Positions 60,512 to 64,000 of a stretch of 64,000 nt of DNA are shown here, one piece after another; position 1 is the first letter of the stretch; each line of letters opens with the position of its first letter. The translations under genes were made by a program, and so were the position numbers. The notes beneath the pieces are model-generated. The model did no database searches and was not told the origin of the DNA. It saw only the letters and a list, made by a program, of their open reading frames with translations. The stretch comes from Dorea sp. (lineage in GTDB: Bacteria > Bacillota > Clostridia > Lachnospirales > Lachnospiraceae): the NCBI GenBank assembly GCA_050873945.1, contig JBNMJT010000001.1, forward strand, positions 6,104-70,103. The letters run 5' to 3'.

Positions 60512-60891
60512 GTACAGCAGTTATAATGAAAACAGGATTGATAGCAGTAGGTGTGCTGATCATGGTATTATCTTTTATCCTGCATTCGAAAAGAAAATTA
60601 ACGGTAAATCTGGCAGTTGTGTGGGAGTTCCTGGGTGCGGCACTGATTCTTACAGGTGCGGTTCCGGTCTTCTCCAGCTGGTGTCATCTGCTGGCAAGGG
60701 GAACCGTGATCGCAATGTTTGTCATCGGAGCACTTGCGATGTGGGGCAGTTATATTTTGTGTATTTTAATATCTGATCTCAGTATGAAGAATCAGGAGCT
60801 TGCAATGCAGGTGTCACTTCTGAATCAGGAAAATGAGCTGATGCTGCACGAACTGAAGAAACTTCAGGACGGGGAAAAGCAGGATCAATAG
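60508..60891 (+). CDS. DUF2304 family small membrane protein
   Basis: Three TM plus coiled tail KNQELAMQVSLL; near a GT2 gene. Confidence 0.75.
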   Translation: MSTAVIMKTGLIAVGVLIMVLSFILHSKRKLTVNLAVVWEFLGAALILTGAVPVFSSWCHLLARGTVIAMFVIGALAMWGSYILCILISDLSMKNQELAMQVSLLNQENELMLHELKKLQDGEKQDQ

Positions 60892-60925
60892 AACAAGGAT
60901 AAACGGAAGGAATGGAGATGATAAG

Positions 60926-62128
60926 ATGAAAAAAATATTATTTGTGATCAATACCCTTGGGTGTGCAGGGGCAGAGACTGCATTAATAGAATTACTGAAG
61001 TCTCTGGATGAAAAAGAATATGAAATTTCTCTTTATGTATTAATGGGACAGGGAGAGATGATCGATAAGATCCCTGAAAATGTAAAATTGCTGAACAGTC
61101 ATTACTGTAAAGAATCCGTATTGTCAAAACAGGGCAAACAGGCGATGATACGGACTGTATGGCGTACATTCTGGACGAACGGAAAGATCATGAAAAAGGC
61201 GGCCTATGTGATCCGTACATTTTCTGCAATGCGTAAGAACGGAAAGATCCAGCCGGATAAGATCCTCTGGAGGGTGATATCGGATGGAAGTCCGAGATTT
61301 GACGAGACGTATGATCTTGCGGTTGCATACCTGGAAGGCGGGTCGACGTATTATGTGGCAGACCATGTGAAAGCCAGAAAAAAAGCAGCATTTATACATA
61401 TTGATTATGAAAGTTCCGGTTATACCAAAGCGATGGACCGTCACTGCTTTGATAAGCTGGACCGGATATTTACGGTATCAGATGAAGTGAAGACCCATTT
61501 CCTGAATGTATATCCGCAATATAAGGAAAAAGTCAGGGTATTCCATAATATTATCAATCAGGATGAGATCAGAAGAAAAGCAGCTGAGGGTACTGGATTC
61601 ACAGATCCGTTTGACGGAATCCGTCTGTTAACGGTCGGAAGACTGACATATCAGAAGGCTTACGATATCGCGATTGACGCAATGAAGATCATAAAAGACA
61701 GAGGATACAAGGTCAGATGGTATATTTTAGGAGAAGGAAATGAAAGAGATGCCCTGGAAAAGAAAGTGAAGGAGCTGGGACTGGAACAGGAGTTCCTGAT
61801 GCCGGGGGCAGTGTCCGATCCATTTCCATATTATAAACAGTCGGATATCTACGTACATGCGACAAGGTTTGAGGGAAAAAGTATTGCGATACAGGAAGCA
61901 CAGACTCTGGGCTGCGCGATCGTTGCATCTGACTGTAACGGAAACCGTGAACAGATCGTGCATGGTAAGGATGGTCTGTTGTGTCAGCTGACACCGGAAG
62001 GAATCGCAGAGAGTATTATCAGTCTGGTTGAAGACAAAGAGAAAAGAACAGAACTCGGAAATGCAGCAAAAGAGAAAGATATTGTGCATAAAGGAGAGAT
62101 CAATCTGTTATTGGAACTTATGAAGTAG
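60926..62128 (+). CDS. GT4 family glycosyltransferase
   Basis: LGCAGAETAL, TVGRLTYQKAYD, RFEGKSIAIQEA. Confidence 0.92.
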   Translation: MKKILFVINTLGCAGAETALIELLKSLDEKEYEISLYVLMGQGEMIDKIPENVKLLNSHYCKESVLSKQGKQAMIRTVWRTFWTNGKIMKKAAYVIRTFSAMRKNGKIQPDKILWRVISDGSPRFDETYDLAVAYLEGGSTYYVADHVKARKKAAFIHIDYESSGYTKAMDRHCFDKLDRIFTVSDEVKTHFLNVYPQYKEKVRVFHNIINQDEIRRKAAEGTGFTDPFDGIRLLTVGRLTYQKAYDIAIDAMKIIKDRGYKVRWYILGEGNERDALEKKVKELGLEQEFLMPGAVSDPFPYYKQSDIYVHATRFEGKSIAIQEAQTLGCAIVASDCNGNREQIVHGKDGLLCQLTPEGIAESIISLVEDKEKRTELGNAAKEKDIVHKGEINLLLELMK

Positions 62129-62137
62129 ACAGGATGG

Positions 62138-62953
62138 GTGAGACAAATGAAGAACAAGGAAGTGCTGGTGATCATTCCGGCATATAACGAACAAGATACA
62201 ATCATGAGTGTTCTGGACGAACTGGAGAAGCCGGAGATTGCAGAGATTGCAGATGTACTGGTTATGAATGATGCATCGTCAGATGCAACGAACTGGATCG
62301 TGAAGGCAAGAGGACATGCACTGGTATCGCATGTGTTCAATCTTGGTTATGGAAGCGGTCTGCAGCTCGGGTACAAATATGCGATACGTAAAGGATACAG
62401 CTACGTGATCCAGATGGATGCGGATGGACAGCATGATGTGTGCAATATACCGGTCATTTATGAAAAACTGAAACAGAAAGATACGGACGGAAGATATCCG
62501 GATATTGTTCTGGGATCCAGATTCCTGGATGGCAGCAGTCCGTTTCATGTATCGTGGGCAAAGAAAGCGGCATTTCATCTGTTTCGTTTCATGATGCGTG
62601 CTTCAACGGGAAGAGAACTTGCAGATCCGACAACAGGTCTGCAGGGGTTAAGCAGAAAGGCAGTGTTATACTATTCAAAATATAATCATTTTGATGATAA
62701 ATATCCGGATGCAAATATGATCATCCAGATGATTTTGCTTAAGTTCAAAGTGGTGGAGATCCCGGCGGTCATGCATACGAGAGAAAGCGGAGAGAGCATG
62801 CATTCCGGACTGAAGCCGGTGTGGTATATGTTCCGTATGTTTTTCAGTGTTCTGGCAGTCATCTTCCGGTGTAAAGTATTGAAAGTAGATGAAGGAGCAG
62901 GATTGCAGGGTGATATCAGGAAAGAACAGGAAAAGAAGATTTCAAAAAAATAA
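62138..62953 (+). CDS. GT2 glycosyltransferase, polyprenol-phosphate sugar synthase (DPM1-like)
   Basis: IIPAYNEQ, NDASSDAT, QMDADGQHD, VLGSRF, DPTTG; alternative start 62147. Confidence 0.9.
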   Translation: MRQMKNKEVLVIIPAYNEQDTIMSVLDELEKPEIAEIADVLVMNDASSDATNWIVKARGHALVSHVFNLGYGSGLQLGYKYAIRKGYSYVIQMDADGQHDVCNIPVIYEKLKQKDTDGRYPDIVLGSRFLDGSSPFHVSWAKKAAFHLFRFMMRASTGRELADPTTGLQGLSRKAVLYYSKYNHFDDKYPDANMIIQMILLKFKVVEIPAVMHTRESGESMHSGLKPVWYMFRMFFSVLAVIFRCKVLKVDEGAGLQGDIRKEQEKKISKK

Positions 62954-64000
62954 TCTTACCGAAAGTCTGGAAGATATAAAGAATCCGGGGCGGGGATGGT
63001 ATCATCTGTACACGTATGATCTTGCAGAACGGATTCCGGAACTTTATATAGCATGCCGGGAGGAGACGGTTGTACTGCTTCTGATCCATATTGGACAATT
63101 CAGAAACTGCCGGATCTCCGGAGGGGGACTGGATTATCTTACAGAAATCCTTGAATTTTTTAAGGAGCATGAGAAAATGATGATTCTGCGGTTTGCCTAT
63201 GATACAGATGGCCGGGGGATGGAGAGCGAACCAGACCGGGGAGAACAGGTAAAAGAGCACATGGATCAGATCGGTACAAAGATAAAAGACTATGCAGATG
63301 ATATCCTGGCCGTTCAGGGACTTCTTGTAGGAAACTGGGGGGAGATGCATGGTTCTAAGTTTTTGTCAGACAAATGGCTGACAGAACTTGCCGGGACATA
63401 TATGAAAGCTATGGATTACAGCTGCTGTCTTGCAGTAAGAACTCCCAAGCAATGGAAAACGATCATGAAACATCCGGACGAGAAGATGCGGAGCCGTCTG
63501 GTACTTTTTAATGACGGGATTTTCGGATCAGACACCGATCTTGGTACCTATACCGGTCCGGAGGACAGGAAGAAGAAGCTTGAATGGATAGAAAAAGAGA
63601 TAACTTACGGACCATCCGGCGGAGAAGCGGTATATGGACAGAACGATGGAGAAGAGAAGGATCCATGCTCTGTGATAGCAGATCTGCGTAAGATGCATCT
63701 TACCTATCTGAACAGTACATATGATAAGCGGCTTCTGGACCGGTGGAAAGAGCAGTGGATTACAGAGAACGAATCTGCACACCGCAGGAACAGGAGAGAA
63801 AAAAGAGAGATAAGTATCTATGATTATATCGGTGCGCATCTGGGATACCGGTTGATAATCAGGGATGTTATGTGGAAAAAAAAGAAAATTCTGGAGATAT
63901 ATGTGGAAAACTCCGGATTTGCAGAGATGTATGAAGAGATGGAATGTCTGCTGGAACTCCGTCCGGCAGAGAAAGATACTGCAACAGATATAAAAAGCAG
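62910..64000 (+). CDS. DUF4874/DUF4832 glycoside-hydrolase-like protein (partial, runs off window; absent from the ORF track)
   Basis: Own translation from GTG 62910: NPGRGWY, ILRFAYD, VGNWGEMHGS, FNDGIFGSDTDLGTY, GGEAV, YLNSTY, HLGYRL; no stop before the window end. Confidence 0.8.
   Translation, partial: MISGKNRKRRFQKNNLTESLEDIKNPGRGWYHLYTYDLAERIPELYIACREETVVLLLIHIGQFRNCRISGGGLDYLTEILEFFKEHEKMMILRFAYDTDGRGMESEPDRGEQVKEHMDQIGTKIKDYADDILAVQGLLVGNWGEMHGSKFLSDKWLTELAGTYMKAMDYSCCLAVRTPKQWKTIMKHPDEKMRSRLVLFNDGIFGSDTDLGTYTGPEDRKKKLEWIEKEITYGPSGGEAVYGQNDGEEKDPCSVIADLRKMHLTYLNSTYDKRLLDRWKEQWITENESAHRRNRREKREISIYDYIGAHLGYRLIIRDVMWKKKKILEIYVENSGFAEMYEEMECLLELRPAEKDTATDIKS

Overview
Chromosomal region of a low-GC Gram-positive gut anaerobe; gene content and codon style suggest Lachnospiraceae (Dorea/Mediterraneibacter-like; inference). 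In order: RpiR regulator plus 2-aminoethylphosphonate catabolism operon (ABC ATPase, permease-SBP fusion, phnW, phnX); LytTR two-component pair divergent from a sortase-C pilus operon; V4R protein plus diguanylate cyclase; pgi with an in-frame TAG; folate operon (folC, folE, HD hydrolase, folP, folB-folK); GGDEF-REC-HD-GYP protein; T-box-controlled BASS transporter; SBP plus hybrid kinase; frameshifted MMPL transporter plus Pip/YhgE-like protein; an AT-rich block with pdxA2-DUF1537 kinase-kdgT, a degenerate PrpR-type regulator and a DUF4869/ATPase gene pair; methionine-related genes; an Hcp-like fragment; aminopeptidase P; a ~260-bp rod-like inverted repeat; and an expanded Gram-positive pel exopolysaccharide locus headed by a PqqD/RRE gene and a divergent nucleotidyltransferase, running off the window end. 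No rRNA, tRNA, CRISPR array, transposase or integrase was seen. Best leads: the split ABC-ATPase DUF4869 pair with an apparent effector deletion, the atypical pel locus, and the long hairpin element. Family assignments come from motif recognition, not database searches.
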